This document shows positions 1 through 13,522 of a DNA stretch of 64,000 nucleotides, one piece after another. Position 1 is the stretch's first letter; each line of letters starts with the position of its first letter. Both the position numbers and the translations under genes were made by a program. The notes below the pieces were generated by a model. It saw only the letters and a list, made by a program, of their open reading frames with translations. It was not told where the DNA came from and made no database searches. The stretch comes from Eledone cirrhosa (Eukaryota), in contig OZ024740.1 in the NCBI GenBank assembly GCA_964016885.1, forward strand, positions 287,308,001 through 287,372,000, read 5' to 3'.

Positions 1-275
1 ATTTTATTCTTTTAAGCTGTGTTATAAATCTCAAATGAATAGAACCAATGTGTAACAATGTTGCAGTTATTACACTGTCATGGAATAATGAGATATCAAT
101 CAAGATTTTGATTTAAATATAAACACTTTTGTACTGATAGTCTTGTGTATATTGGAACCAGAGCTGTCTCATTTGGGCTGAAGTCCTTAAACATATATAT
201 TGATGTCTGTATTGTGAACATGAAATTGTTATATTAAAATGTTACGAAATTCACTGTCTTCTCTTGTTACTGTAG

Positions 276-380
276 ATCCCACTATGATGACTGATATGTT
301 AAAAGGAAATGTCACTAATGTTCTACCAATGATCATTATTGGTGGTTGGATCAACTGGGCCTTCTCGGGATTTCTCACCA
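276..380 (+). CDS. EMC3: ER membrane protein complex subunit 3, internal coding exon (upstream exons outside window)
   Basis: tgtag| acceptor and |gtaagt donor; translates (D)[34 protein letters not shown], recognisable EMC3/TMEM111 sequence; phase joins next exon. Confidence 0.96.
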
Positions 381-1069
381 GTAAGTTTTGCTTCAATTTT
401 TAACTTCTTTCTTCTTGATATTAGAATTTTTTTGCATGTTTTATAATGATCATAACTCTAACAATAACAATATAGGTAGTGTGTTATTTTTGTTATAATC
501 ATTTTAGTCTGTGGAAGAGGAGCAGTGACTATGAGCACTGCAAACATTCCCATGGGTTGATGTTCAGCTTGAATTTATATATGTTGATTCCTGTAGGGAT
601 TTGAAAAATAGATGTTTTTTTTTGTTTTTTTTTTAGAAATTATTAGTTGAAGCATGACATGAGATGTGAGACATAATAGGAATGACAAGAGTATAGGAGA
701 GATAATCAGGAAAGTTGGACAAGACTGATATACAACTGGTTTTTCAGAGAAGCAGGAACTGTAATAGTATAAGAAGGGATAGGAGGAGGACACAGCAAAT
801 TGTAGTAATGTTTTGGTAGGTGATGGGCAGTTTTGGGATATAGTCAACAATGTGTGTACTGCAACAATAGTAACAGCATCACATCTCAGATACTGGAACA
901 GTACTCTGATATAGGTAATATTTATGTCTTGTAGAGGGTTAGCAACTCTGACATAGAAATATAGAATATTAATTACATTGGTCTGGCTGAACTTCAGCAT
1001 TTCAGCAGTGTTTATCTGGTCATCTTTGTATTTACTTTAAGACATATTGTCACAAGAGTGGGTACTTAG

Positions 1070-1274
1070 CCCTTTAGCATTCACATTACTCTATATTTAC
1101 TATTGTATAATCATGGTAAAGGCTTTATCTCACATAATCTCAAGTTTACAAGATTTTGATGATGTTATTGTTTAAGAAGAATATCTTAGCGTCGGTGTGA
1201 GCTGCTGGTTAGGGTTGGTTTCAAAAGAGAGAAACTATTCTGGTCAGATACAGCCAGTTTGAATGCTTAAAGGG
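1070..1274. mobile_element. piggyBac-like MITE, family A
   Basis: CCCTTTAGCATT...AATGCT(T)AAAGGG inverted ends flanked by ttag/TTAA; homologous copies at 18570, 30267, 49949. Confidence 0.75.
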
Positions 1275-1465
1275 TTAAAACGCATAATCTAGATTTAAAA
1301 TCCAATAGATTAGTCTAAACACAACTTCATTCTATTTCATTTTAGGACATTTACCTAATATTTTCTAATAATAATATCTCACTAAACTTTGACTTATTCT
1401 TCACCTTAAACATGTTATATTAAATAAATTACCTAGTTTTAATTCTCATTACAATTGTGTTTCAG

Positions 1466-1547
1466 CAAAAGTACCGTTTCCTCTCACATTACGTTTTAAA
1501 CCCATGTTGCAACGTGGTATTGAACTTGTATCATTGGATGCATCCTG
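1466..1547 (+). CDS. EMC3: EMC3 internal coding exon
   Basis: tttcag| ... |gtgagt; (T)[26 protein letters not shown](W), highly conserved EMC3 block; phases consistent. Confidence 0.97.
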
Positions 1548-1823
1548 GTGAGTCAGTTTTTAATCTTTGTGTGTGTGAATCAGACTGAATGCATCATCAT
1601 TGCCACCATTATCACCATCAACAACTGATGTGCCAGACTCCAGATCTGTATAACCTATTTTAGTATGGCCCATCAAATCTCAAAAAGTGATGATCATTAC
1701 CATTATCAACTGCTTAACATCTTTGTGTTGGCATAAGTTGAACATGTTAGCATAAACAATAAATGTCCAGTTGCCTCATTTTACTATTACTGCATAAGGT
1801 TTGGATAAATGGGGATGAACTTA

Positions 1824-1994
1824 ACGTATATACTCGAATATATGCCGAGTCCCCTACTTTATGTAAAAAATGGGCAAAAATCCAAACCCCATTTATAAGC
1901 TGTCAGTTAATCAACACATTATGTTTAGATGGTGAATATAAGCCCAACGGTTTTTTAGTCACATATTCCTTGGCTTATATTTGAGTATATACGG
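1824..1994. mobile_element. TA-target Tc1/mariner-superfamily (pogo/Tigger-like) MITE, short form
   Basis: TIRs cgtatatactcgaatatatgcc / ggcttatatttgagtatatacgg; four related copies in window. Confidence 0.8.
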
Positions 1995-2047
1995 TTTAAT
2001 CATGTGTGTGTGTATGTATATATCTTCCTCTGATGTATAACATTAGA

Positions 2048-3030
2048 ATCATCATCATCATCATCAACGTTTAACGTCCGTGTTCCACGCTTGCATGGGT
2101 TTGGACGGGAGTTTTCCCACTTGAGGCAAGAGTGGTTGTCATTGCTCGTATAGGACTGTCTGGCAGGTTTTCTACAGTTGGATGCCCTTCCTAACACCAA
2201 CCACGTTTACAGTGCGGGTCTGGGAGGTTTTTACCGTGTTGCCTGCACAGCCACATTACAGCGTGGACTGTGTGTTTTTTTGTCGTGACACCTACACGAT
2301 CTCATTTGTTTCGGCCTGGATGGTGTGGCACCAACATAACTTTACATAGGAGGGGGCGGTATGGATGGGGTGGGGGTGGTGGGACGGGGGTGTATTTTGT
2401 TAGAGATGCCTACTGACTGTAGTAGGTTTTACTATGTATTTAGGTAAGGCGGGTCTTCTCTATTACTGAGTACCGCCAAAGGTCTCGGTCCAGTGACATT
2501 GTCTTGGAGAGGTGTAAGTGTGTGAGGTCGGAGTTTATCAGCTCGTCCCAGGTTTTTCTAGGTCTGCCTATTCCGTGGCTACCGTCTATCTTTATTGCCC
2601 TGCACTTTGTTATACAGCTATCGACTTTCATGCGCATCATGTGTCCATACCAACGTAGCCTTCTCTCGAGTAAACAACATCTGATCCTTCTTATTTCTAA
2701 TTTTTTCCTTAGTTCGTTTATGCTTTGCCGTTCACGTATATTACTATTACACATCCAGCGGAGCATGCAAGCTTCATTCCTCTCTAGTCTGCGTATATCC
2801 TCTGCACACAATGCCCAGGTCTCACTGCCATGCAACATTGCTGTTTGTACGCAGGCATCATACAACCTGCCTTTCATTTTTAGGGAAAACCCTTTAGCAG
2901 CTAATAGTGGTATAAGCTCTCTGAACTTTTTCCATCCAGTTCTGACGCTAGCTACTGTACTTTCAGAGCACCCTCCCCCACTGCTGATTTTGTCACCCAG
3001 GTAACGGAAGCTGTCCACTATTTCTATAGA
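2048..3030 (-). mobile_element. RTE-clade LINE, 5'-truncated 3' fragment
   Basis: ORF 2440-3066 (FRYLG, RLRWYGHMMR, GRPRKTW), 3'UTR and (GAT)n tail. Confidence 0.92.
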
Positions 3031-4523
3031 GTATGCAAACATTATTTCTATAGAATATGCAAACATTAACTGGGAAACTAATAAAGCTGTGTGCTTTCAA
3101 ACAAAAATGCCTTGTGTGGTATTTATTGCACTCGGGTTTCAGAGGTACTACATTCTCACTTTTATCACTTGCCTAGTTTAGAATAGGTACATCGTAACCC
3201 TGTGTGTTGTAAGAAGAGAGTAAAAGAATTGATGTCAGGAAGGACATCCAGCTGTAAAACTTTGCTTAAAAAAAAATCCTGTCCAACCCATGCGAGCATG
3301 GAAAAGTTGACATAAAAATTATGCGAATGTTAAAAACTGTCACCAACAACACTTGTTCACAAGATACAACGTAGAATAAATAAATGACACACACATTGAT
3401 ATAAAGGTCCATGTGTTGCTTTAATTCTTTTCCACTCAACCTGTCTCTAATTGCACATCTAATGAGTATTCCTTGGCCTGTCCTTCTCGAGTCAGTGTAT
3501 GATGTTTACTCTTGTTAACCATACATAGTATGACATTACTACTAGCACCCAGTATCATTGCCACATACCATCAACTTTTCCTCAAACATCTACTGCCCTA
3601 TAGTGTTATCATCTGCTTACCTAATTAACATAATTTATTTCAGTGATCCATTAGAGGACTTCAGTCTTCAGTCATTGTTTATTCATTGATTTCCCATGAA
3701 TCTGTAGCAAAGCTTCAAGAAATCTACATAATAGTCAAACAATACCATTCGTTGTAGATATTGTTCTTGGTTAAATCAATTGAATTGTTTAGCTTCAGGT
3801 CGGCACTGATCTAGCATACACTTGATCAAAGGAGTCAAAGCCATGATGATCCTACTTTTATCCAAACACTGCATCTAGTATGATAGAATGTGATTTAAGT
3901 GAGATTTAGCTGCTATTTCTTTAATCTATAAATCAGTCAGGTGACTTTTTTTTTTGTCACCCTTCCAAAATGTTATCTTTATAAATTGTCATATAATTAC
4001 GTCAATCTAGCTTAACAATAAATGCCCCCCTTCTCAATTACATTGTGTTGGATCATAAAGCAAGATACATTACAGTATTTACTTGAGACATAAATTCAGG
4101 TGGTGGTGGGTGCTTTAAAACACCACTTTAAACAATTATCTGGATTTGATTCACACTTTCAGATCTTATTACAATCATTTGTCTCCCTTGAGCAAGGTAC
4201 ATAACTCTGCTTGTTCTAGTTTACCTGACCAAACTAAAATTAACAAAATCTCCACTATTGTTCCAACAAATAAAGAATCCCACTCAAGCAAGCATGGAAA
4301 AATGAATGTAAGAAAAAGTCTGTGTCTTACTCATACATTCATTTTTTAGCATAATTTCTATGGCTGGATGCCTTTCCTAAAGCTCACCACTTCACTGCAT
4401 ATCCTGGGTTCATTTTCTGGCACCTCCACTACCACTTGATAGGGTGGACTGTACTTTTTTTGTGGTACCACCACTTGGATTGGGTGCATTTTATCTTCAC
4501 ACCAGCATACAATGTATATTGTA

Positions 4524-4561
<38 letters not shown>

Positions 4562-4885
4562 GGGCAATGCCAGGTCAGGTGAGAAAGACATGGACCCCTG
4601 ACCTGGCATTGCCCACAATAGGACAACATATCTAATCCATGCTAGCGTTGAAGAATGGACGTAAAATGGTGATGATGATATATATGTGTGTGTATGTATG
4701 TTGTAAATATACACTAACGTGGAGTTTAATAGTTTTGAGAATTGTAATATTATGAAAAAATTTAATCTTGTAGAGTGAATTGGTGAGTTATATGAGAAAA
4801 ATATATTTTATTTTTGACTTTCTTTTACTGATTAACAGGAAATAGTCCAAGAATTAAAACTAAAATTCTTCACTTTTCATTCCAG

Positions 4886-4965
4886 GGTCAGTTCAATATC
4901 TTGGTATTTTCTCAATGTATTTGGATTGAGAAGTATGTATACATTAATCCTTGGACAAGACAACG
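4886..4965 (+). CDS. EMC3: EMC3 internal coding exon
   Basis: ttccag| ... |gtatgt; [26 protein letters not shown]. Confidence 0.96.
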
Positions 4966-4999
4966 GTATGTATAACTAACAGTAATATTATTACTACAG

Positions 5000-5190
5000 G
5001 GCAGTGAATTGGCAGTATCGGTGGAGGGTTGGACGCCATGCTTTCCAGCATAGTTACGTCCCTTTACGGTCTGAGTTCAAATCCTGTTGAGGTTAACTTT
5101 GCCTTTCATCCTTACGGGGTCGATAAAATAAAGTACCAGTAATGTACTGGGTAATTGCTGGCCTTGTGCCATAAGTAGAAACAATTATTA
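5000..5190 (+). mobile_element. tRNA-derived SINE, family 1 (central domain resembles the MetaSINE-type GCCTTTCATCC...GATAAAAT..GTACCAG, recalled from memory)
   Basis: A-box TGGCAGTATCGG, B-box GAGTTCAAATCC; attattactac repeated at 4987-4997 and 5184-5194; near-identical copies at 35716, 62737, 63445. Confidence 0.85.
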
Positions 5191-5384
5191 CTACTTCTAC
5201 TAATGCTATACTCAATTCTTGGATTGATGCTCATGCATACAGCTAATTGGCAGTTGGAGCATCAGATTAAATGCCTCTGCATTTGTTCCAGGTCTCTGCA
5301 ATCTGAGTTGAATCCCACCAAGGTCAACTTAACCTTTCATTCTTTTAAGGTTGAAAATAAAGTACCAATCTAAGAGCAGTCATG

Positions 5385-8115
5385 ATGATCATCATCATTT
5401 TTACATCCGTTTTCCACATTTGCATGAGTTGGATAGGTCCTTCTCAGCACAGCATCTCTCCATTCACTGCATTCCTTTGTCATCTCCTCTATGAGTCTCA
5501 GTGATCTGAGGTCACCTCTGCCCAGGTCTTTTTTTATCTACCTCGACTGCAGCTTCCTTCCTCTGGGAATTCCAGGCACTTCTTCATCCAGTGATCATCA
5601 TCCATTCACATCACATCTGTACCACTGCAGTCTTCTCCCCTGTACACTACTTTGGATTCCTCTTAAATCAGCTTCTCCCTCAGCTCGTCCAAGCTCTGCC
5701 CTTCTGTAGTTGTCGTACAATGAAAAGAGCATCTGTGGTACTTTTACTTGACACAAACCCGAACTGCATTTCATCTAGATCAATTCGCTCTCTGATTAGT
5801 TGCGCTATTACTTTTTCTGTGACCTTCATGACCTGGTCAATTAATTTAATGCCTCTATAGTTTCCCCTATCTAGGGCGTCTCCTTTACCCTTGTAGCAGT
5901 TAATGATGATGCTACGCCAGTCCTTTGGTACGACCCCATTCTGTATAACTTGGTTTACTATCCGGGTGACCATAGTGTGTCCCACCGTTCCAGATGCTTT
6001 CAGCATTTCAGCAACTATTTCCAAAGGCCCAGCCGCCTTGCCCGTCTTCATATCTTTGATTGCCTTACTTATTATACTACCTTCAACTTGCACTGCTGGT
6101 CCCTCTATTGGATCGATGTGGGGGAGGCTGTCTTTCTCCCATTTATTCTTCTCATTTAGCAGCCTTTCGTAGTGACACTTCCAAGCTACCTTCTTATCAG
6201 CGTCAGTGATGGCAAATACACCATCATCATTACGGACACACATCTCCCCGACAATATCACGGTTCTCCTTGACACATTGTCTAGCAATCCTGAACACCTC
6301 ACGTTTTTGGTCCTCGCGTTGTAGAACATGCTTGAACTTTCTTTCCTCTGCTTCCCTTCTTGCGAAGTACACTTGTCTCCTAGCTTCCCTCCTGGCCACT
6401 TGATAGTCTTCTCTACTTCCCCCCCATCCCGCCATACTTTCCAAGCCTGCTTTTTGGCCTTGATCGACTACTCCACCTTACTGTTCCACCACCAAGTTAC
6501 TCTCCTCCTGCCTATAGGTCTGCTCCAGCCACAGATTTCATCTGTCGCCTTCAGCAGGTTAGCTTTCAGGAATTCCCACTGTTCCTCTATATTGTATGAC
6601 TCTAATTGCTCTTCCTTACTGTCAAAAACATCAAGTAATATGCTTTTAAATTTATTACTGGCTGTAGGGTCCTTTAACTTCCATATTTTTCTCCTAAGGA
6701 TAGTCCTCCTCTGTTGTCGAATATGTCTCGTCCTGACTATGAGGTCGCTAACTATGAGGCTATGTTGGGAGGTGCATTCTTCATGGGGGAAGGATTTAGT
6801 GTTTACAACAGACACTCTGTCTCGTCTTCTGTTAAGGATATAATCTGACTGGCGTGTTCCCTTGATCTATAGGTGATCAAGTGATTGTCTCGTTTTTTTA
6901 AGTTTGTGTTACAGATAGTTAGATTATTTGCGTCACAGAATTCCAGGATTCTGGAGCCTTCCCCATTTCTAGTACCAAACCCATAGCCTCCATGGATTCT
7001 GTCATAGCCGTCACAGTGTTGTCCAACATGACCATTTAGGTCGCCAGCAATAATTATATAGTCACTGTCGGTTATTTGGGAGGTAATGAGCATTAACGAC
7101 TCATAGAATCTGTCTTTTATAATGCCAGGCAGTCCGGGTTGGGGTGCATACGCAGATATTATTGTCACAGTAGTTCTATTGAGGACAAGTCTTATTTTAA
7201 TTATTCTGTTGTTCACTCTATTTACGTCTATTATCTTATCTACCCATTTTTCTGCTAGCATGATTCCTACTCCACCCAGCCCATTGTCATTTCTCACCCA
7301 CAAAAGCTTATAGCATCATTTTTTACCCACAATGAATCTAGCAGGCCCACCCTCCACCTGGTCTCTTGGATACAGCAAACATCAGCCTCCTTACGTTCAA
7401 GCATTTCTACAACCTCGTTAGAGCGACCTTTTAAGGTGCCTACATTCATGGCACCTTAAAAGGTACATTCATATCGAAAGGCAACCAGGTCTAAACTTAA
7501 GTGATAACATAGGCCGCTGACTTATGATTGGTCCAAATAATAATGGTAGTGAGGGGGGGGGGGTCTGGGGTAGTTAGCGAGAAGGTTATAAAATAAAATC
7601 CACAAAATTTTGGCCATAATCGAACGAGCATATAACTAATAAGGGAAGAATGGGATTTTAAAATACGAGAAGATTATTTTGAACGATCAGACAGAATTAT
7701 CGAATAGCATTGAAAAAGAAAAGGTTGTATTCTGGACGATATGATACAGATAGATGAATGAACAAGGGAACATGGAGAGACGAGAAAATAGAATTTGTAC
7801 ATTACATTACATTTCACAGAAGAGCGGGCGAGCGATGTAGCCAAATTCTGAGTTTCGTACCCCGCAATAGTTTATTTTATGTTTGAAGAGAGAGCCAGTA
7901 GGCATGTATACAATGTATGGGAGGGGGAGAATAGTAGGGAGCAGGAAGGTTAATTTATAAAATTCTAGAATTTTGACTATATTTAAACGAGCGAGGAAGT
8001 TATTTTATAAAAATAAAAATCGAGAGAAGTTTATAGAATAAAATCCACGAATTTTGGCCATAATTGGACGAGCATATAACTAGGGTAATTAGCGAGAAGG
8101 TTATAAAATAAAATA
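5385..8115 (-). mobile_element. RTE LINE composite: candidate 5'UTR + APE endonuclease + RT N-terminus joined to the 3' end of a different RTE family
   Basis: APE motifs NVGTLKGR, SAYAPQ, GDLNGHVG, SQH; RT start NYRGIKL, QFGF; breaks near 5700 into a diverged 3' end with tail; frameshifted. Confidence 0.88.
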
Positions 8116-8177
8116 ATATACACACACACCACTTTTGCCTTCATTTTACTGATAATAATGTTAATATTTATGTTTAG

Positions 8178-8260
8178 CGGCTGACCAGACCAGAGTGATG
8201 CAAGAACAGATGTCCGGTTCAGCTATGGTTGCACCCCCGGACCCCATGAAAGCATTTAAA
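8178..8260 (+). CDS. EMC3: EMC3 internal coding exon
   Basis: gtttag| ... |gtaaga; (A)ADQTRVMQEQMSGSAMVAPPDPMKAFK; sandwiched between two LINE copies. Confidence 0.95.
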
Positions 8261-8292
8261 GTAAGAGCAGTTTTTATTACATTCTTTATACT

Positions 8293-11200
8293 CATCATCA
8301 TCATCATCATCTTCGTTTAACCATTTTCCACGCTAGCATGGGTTAGACGGGAGTTGTCCCACTTGAGGCAAGGTTGGTCGGGTGACCAAGTCTCGCTCAT
8401 ATAGGACTATGCTGGATGCCCTTCCTAACACCATTCACATTTACAGTGTGGAACTGGGAACTTTTTACTGTGTTATCTACACGGCCACATTACAGCGTGG
8501 ACTGTGTTTTTTTCCTCATGACACTCGATCTCGATCTCATTTATCTCATTTATTTGGACTGGAAGGTGGTGTTGGTGGGAGTGGGAGGATAGGGTAGGGG
8601 TAGTGGATTGGGGTGTATATTTGGTTAAGAGGTGCCTACTGACTGTAGGTTTCGCTTTGTACATAGGCAAGGCGGGTCTTCTGTATTACTGCGTAGCGCC
8701 AAAGATCTCGGTCCAGTGTCATTGTCTTAGAGAGGTGCAAGTGTGTAAGGTCGGAATTTATCAGATCGTCCCAGGTTATTCTGGGTCTCCCTACTCCTTA
8801 ACTACCATCAATTTTGATCGCCCTGCACTTTTTTATACAGCTGTCGTCTTTCATGCGCATCACGTGGCCATACCAACGTAGTCTTCTCTCGAGTAAACAA
8901 CATCTGATCCCTCTTATTCCTAATTTCTCACTTAGTTCATTTATGCTTTGCCATTCACGTATATTACTATTACACATCCAACAGAGCATGCAAGCTTTGT
9001 TCCTCTCTAGTCTGTGTAGATCCTCTGCACACAAGGCCCATGTCTCACTGCCATGTAACATCGCTGTTCGTATGCAGGCATCATACAGCCTTCCTTTTAT
9101 TTTTAGAGAGAAACCTTTAGCAGCCAATAGTGGTATAAGCTCTCTGAACCTTTTCCACCCTGACTCTAGCTACAGTACTTTCAAAACACCCTCCACCACT
9201 GCTGATTTTGTCAACCAGGTAACGGAAGGTGTCCACTATTTCTATAGAACCATCTGGGCAATGGAATTAGCTTGTATTCTGTGGGCATTTGCTGCTACTT
9301 ATTGCACCAGACACATATAAAATCTATATTCTTAGTTAGCTTACCTCTAATCTCACTACATCTTTTATGTACCCATACTTTGCATTTGGGACATAAAATG
9401 GAATTTCTGCCTACTCCTTTCCTACACACTGAGCAAGGCCATTTCCCTGAGGGTACCTGTGCCTTATTTTCCTTTCTACAAACTAGGACTTTAGTCTTAG
9501 ACAAGTTAACTTTAAGGCCTTTTGATTCTAGGCCATGCTTCCATGTTTGGAATTTCTTTTCTAGTTCAGTCATTGATTCAGCTATAAGCGTTAGATCATC
9601 TGCGTATAGGAGTTCCCATGGGCAGCCGGTCTTGAACTCCACTGTTATAGCCTGAAGGGCAATAATAAATAAGAGGGGGCTAAGGGCAGAGCGTTGGTGA
9701 ACACCAACTTTTACGCTAAATTCTTCACAATATTCATTGTTAATTCTAACCTTACTGACTGTTTCATTATACATGGCTTGTATAGCTCTCACAAGCCATT
9801 CATCTACACCTAGTTTTCTAAGACCCCACAAGATAATGGAGTGGGGGACTCTGTCTTTTTCCAGGACTATAAAAGCTAAGTAGAGGGGTTTACTTTTAGC
9901 TAGGTACTTCTCTTGTAGTTGTTGTACAAGGAAAAGTGCCTGTGGTAATTTTACCTGACACAAACCCAAACTGCATTTCATCTAGATCAATTCGCTCTCT
10001 GATTAGTTGTTGCGCTATAACTCTTTCTGTGACCTTCATGACCTGGTCAACTAACTTAATGCCTCTATAGTTTCCTCTATCTAGAGCATCTCCTTTACCC
10101 TTGTAGCAGTTAATGATGATGCTGCTACGCCAGTCTTTTGGTATGACCCCATTCTGTATTACTTGGTTAACTATAAGGGTGACCATAGTGTGTCCCACTG
10201 TTCCAGATGCTTTCAGCATTTCAGCAACTATTTCCGAAGGTCCAGCCGCCTTGCCCGTCTTCATATCTTTGATTGCCATACTTATTATACTACCTTTAAC
10301 TTGCACCGCTGGTCCTTCTATTGGATTGATTAAGGGCAGACTATCTTTTTCCCACTATTCTTCTCATTTAATAGTCTCTCGTAGTGACACTTCCAGGCTA
10401 TCTTCTTATCAGCATCAGTGAGGGCAAGTACACCGTTATCATTACGGACACACTTCTCCCCAACAATATCATGGTTTTCCTTGACACATTGTCTAGCAAT
10501 CCTGAACACCTTGCGTTTTTGGTCCTCACGTTGTAGAACATGCTTGAACTTTCTATCCTCTGCTTCTCTTTTTGCAAGGTACACTTGTCTCCTAGCCACT
10601 TGATAGTGCTCTCTACTTCCCCCATCCTGCCATACTTTCCAAGCCGGCTTTTTGGCCTTGATTGTCTCTTCCACCTTACTCTTCCACCACCAAGTTACTC
10701 TCCTCCTGCCAATAGGTCTGCTCCAGCCACAGATTTCATCTGTCTCCTTCAGCAGGTTAGCTTTCAGGAATTGCCACTGTTCCTCTATATTGCACGTCTC
10801 TAATTGCTCTTCCTTATTGTCAAAGGCATCAAGTAATAAGCTTTTAAATTTGTCACTGGCTATGGGGTCCTTCAACTTCCATATTCTTCTCCTCAAGGTA
10901 GGCCTCCTCTGTCGTCGAGTATGTCTATTTCTGACTGTGAGGTCACTAACTACTAGGCTATGTTGGGAGGTGCATTCTTCACGGGGGAGGGATTTAGTGT
11001 TTACAACAGACACTTTGTCCCGTCTTCTAGTTAGAATATAATCTATCTGGCTGGCATGTTCCCCTGGTCTATAGGTGATCAAGTGGTTTTCACGTTTTTT
11101 GAAGTTTGTGTTACAGATAGTTAGGTTATTGGCGTCACAGAATTCCAGGATTCTGAAGCCTTCCTCATTTCTATTTCCAACCCCACAGCCTCCATGGATT

Positions 11201-11445
11201 CCATCATAGCCATCACTATGTCGTTCAACATGGCCGTTTAGATTGTCAGCAATAATTAGGTAGTCGCTGTCGGTTATTTGGGAGGTAGTGTGCATTAGCG
11301 TCTCATAGAACCTGTCATAACGTCAAGTAGACCAGATTGGGGTGCATAAGCAGATATTATTGTCACAGTTTTATTTAGAACTAGCCTTATTTTAATTATT
11401 CTGTCATTTAATCTATTTACGTCGATTACCTTATCTACCCATTTC
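8293..11445 (-). mobile_element. RTE LINE, near-full-length frameshifted copy
   Basis: ORFs 10330-11295, 9896-10306, 9295-9981 (YADD, PHD-like finger), 8798-9127; (GAT)n tail at 8293. Confidence 0.95.
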
Positions 11446-13522
11446 ATCATCATTTAATATTCATTTCCTCTGCTAGCAAGGTTTGATTTCGCTTAAATCT
11501 CTACTAAGTTTAAATTTAACACCAAATCTAGACTTGTTTGTAGACATTAACGGGAGATTTCTTGACTTGAAAGAAAAAATAATGAAAACATCAGTTTAAT
11601 TTCGTTTTCCTATTAAACTTCAGTTTAGGAAAATGGGACGTTAAAATATGCAGTGATAGCAATTATTGCTTAATAGCTGATATGTTAAAGCTATAAAGAA
11701 TATACTAGCATGTTTGAAATAAATACACCTTGATAAACTAACAATTCAGTATGTGGATGTATATATATTTTTATGCTGTAAGATTTTTACTTTTATCTTG
11801 TAAATATTTTTTTTTATCTATCCCAACTATTGTATAATAAAACCTGTTTATTTGTTTATCCATGATATCTTCAGCCAGTCATGTGACAAGCTATATGTCA
11901 GTCTGAAAATGGACTGATGAGTTCAAAACTGGTTGCTGCATTATCAGTCATGTGATCTGCTAAAAATACTTGTTTTGCTTTTTATATTTATTTTTATATG
12001 TTTGCATAAGTGAAATGTTGTTCTTTAATGAGGCAAACAGTTATATGCCTAGATGCCTAGTTCAAGGGCACACCAGAATGACTAATAATAAAAATTGAAT
12101 TCATGATCATGTGGTCAGTAGTCCAGTGTATTATCTTTGCAGCCATTACAACTATAATAATATTGATGTAAACTTAAAATTATTCTACTGCGAAATTAAA
12201 CATTTTAAATTAGTTTTACAAATGCTAAGTATTTCTAACAATTTCTGTTACCATATTTGTAATGGAATACAACTGCCCAAGATTTTCAAATAATTTTGAA
12301 AATAATCTAGAATTTGGAAGGATTTAATAATGTGGTTAACTTGTTATTAAGCAGGAATGATGAGGTTGATGTAATCAATGTTCATCTTGAAGTCACTGTT
12401 TGTAGGGAAAACATTAATAGAAAGGAGTTCTAAAGAGTTGCATTGTAACAGTATATGGATGGCGTAGGGGTGATAAGATGTGGCTGTTTTGTGATGAAGC
12501 AGGAACTGTTGTAATAATGGTAGAAGAAACATAGGTGAAGGAAGTTTTATTAGTCAGTCAGATGACCATTTTTTATGTTGCCTGGCATGTGGGTGTGTTG
12601 TATGCACAGCACTACCCCTGAGGTGTTGCTCTGCCTTATAGATGAGATGCTGTCTTGATTGTGTTATAAGTATGTGGTTGCCTAGGAAAGTTGTTAGAAA
12701 TGCCTAACATTTGTAACAATTGAATGTCTGACTTTTGAGTTGTGTGTTTATGATATTGTGAATACAATATTTATGGGTTTTGTTTCTGTATAGAGATTGC
12801 ATTTTGACACTGTTGGATGAAACTAGATGAAACATCTACTACTGTTGGCTAATTCGAAAACCCTGTGTCATAAACTAAAAAGGTTGATGTCAGGAAGGAC
12901 ATCCAGCTGTAAAACATTTCCACAACAAATCCTGTCCAAATTATGTCAGCATAGAAATGTTGACATAAAAACAATGATATAAAGATTAATTTGTCTCTTC
13001 AGTTTCACTCAACCATTCTTTAATAACAGTGATGCCTAATTGTTAGGGTTTCATACTATAAGTTGAAGGACAGCACTGAGACCTGGTTCTAGATGTACAA
13101 TAGATACAATAAAGTGGTTAATAATAGAATCACTAAATTTTATGTTAGCTTCAACATTTCCTTTGGTGGCTTTGACTAAAAGACTTTAGGGCACTGCTGG
13201 TCTCATCTATGTACTATCAGATCTGACCTTTGGATGTGATGAGGGAAGAAGTTTCAGGTTTTAATTTACATTATAAATTTAGAAAAGTAGCTAAGATTGA
13301 TGAATTATAGTTATTGAATGCCATTTTAAAGTTAGTAATTGTGATATTGTATTTCTCACATTATTAAAATTAGACATCTTGATAGATATCTATCTTCTAA
13401 TGGACCTCTTAAACAATTTTCAGTCAAATCTCTTTATACATAAAATCTTGAATTTTATCAATTGCTGTGATTTCGAAAAACACATCTCTCTTGTATTTAA
13501 TTTTTATTAATTTCATTTACAG

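Noticed and set aside
575-1000. 141-aa minus-strand ORF in an EMC3 intron
   Set aside because: No recognisable motif; possibly an old retroelement remnant, but this cannot be supported by eye
2504-11041. Plus-strand ORFs overlapping the LINEs (and minus-strand ones at 42-47 kb)
   Set aside because: Antisense shadows of the RTE coding sequence
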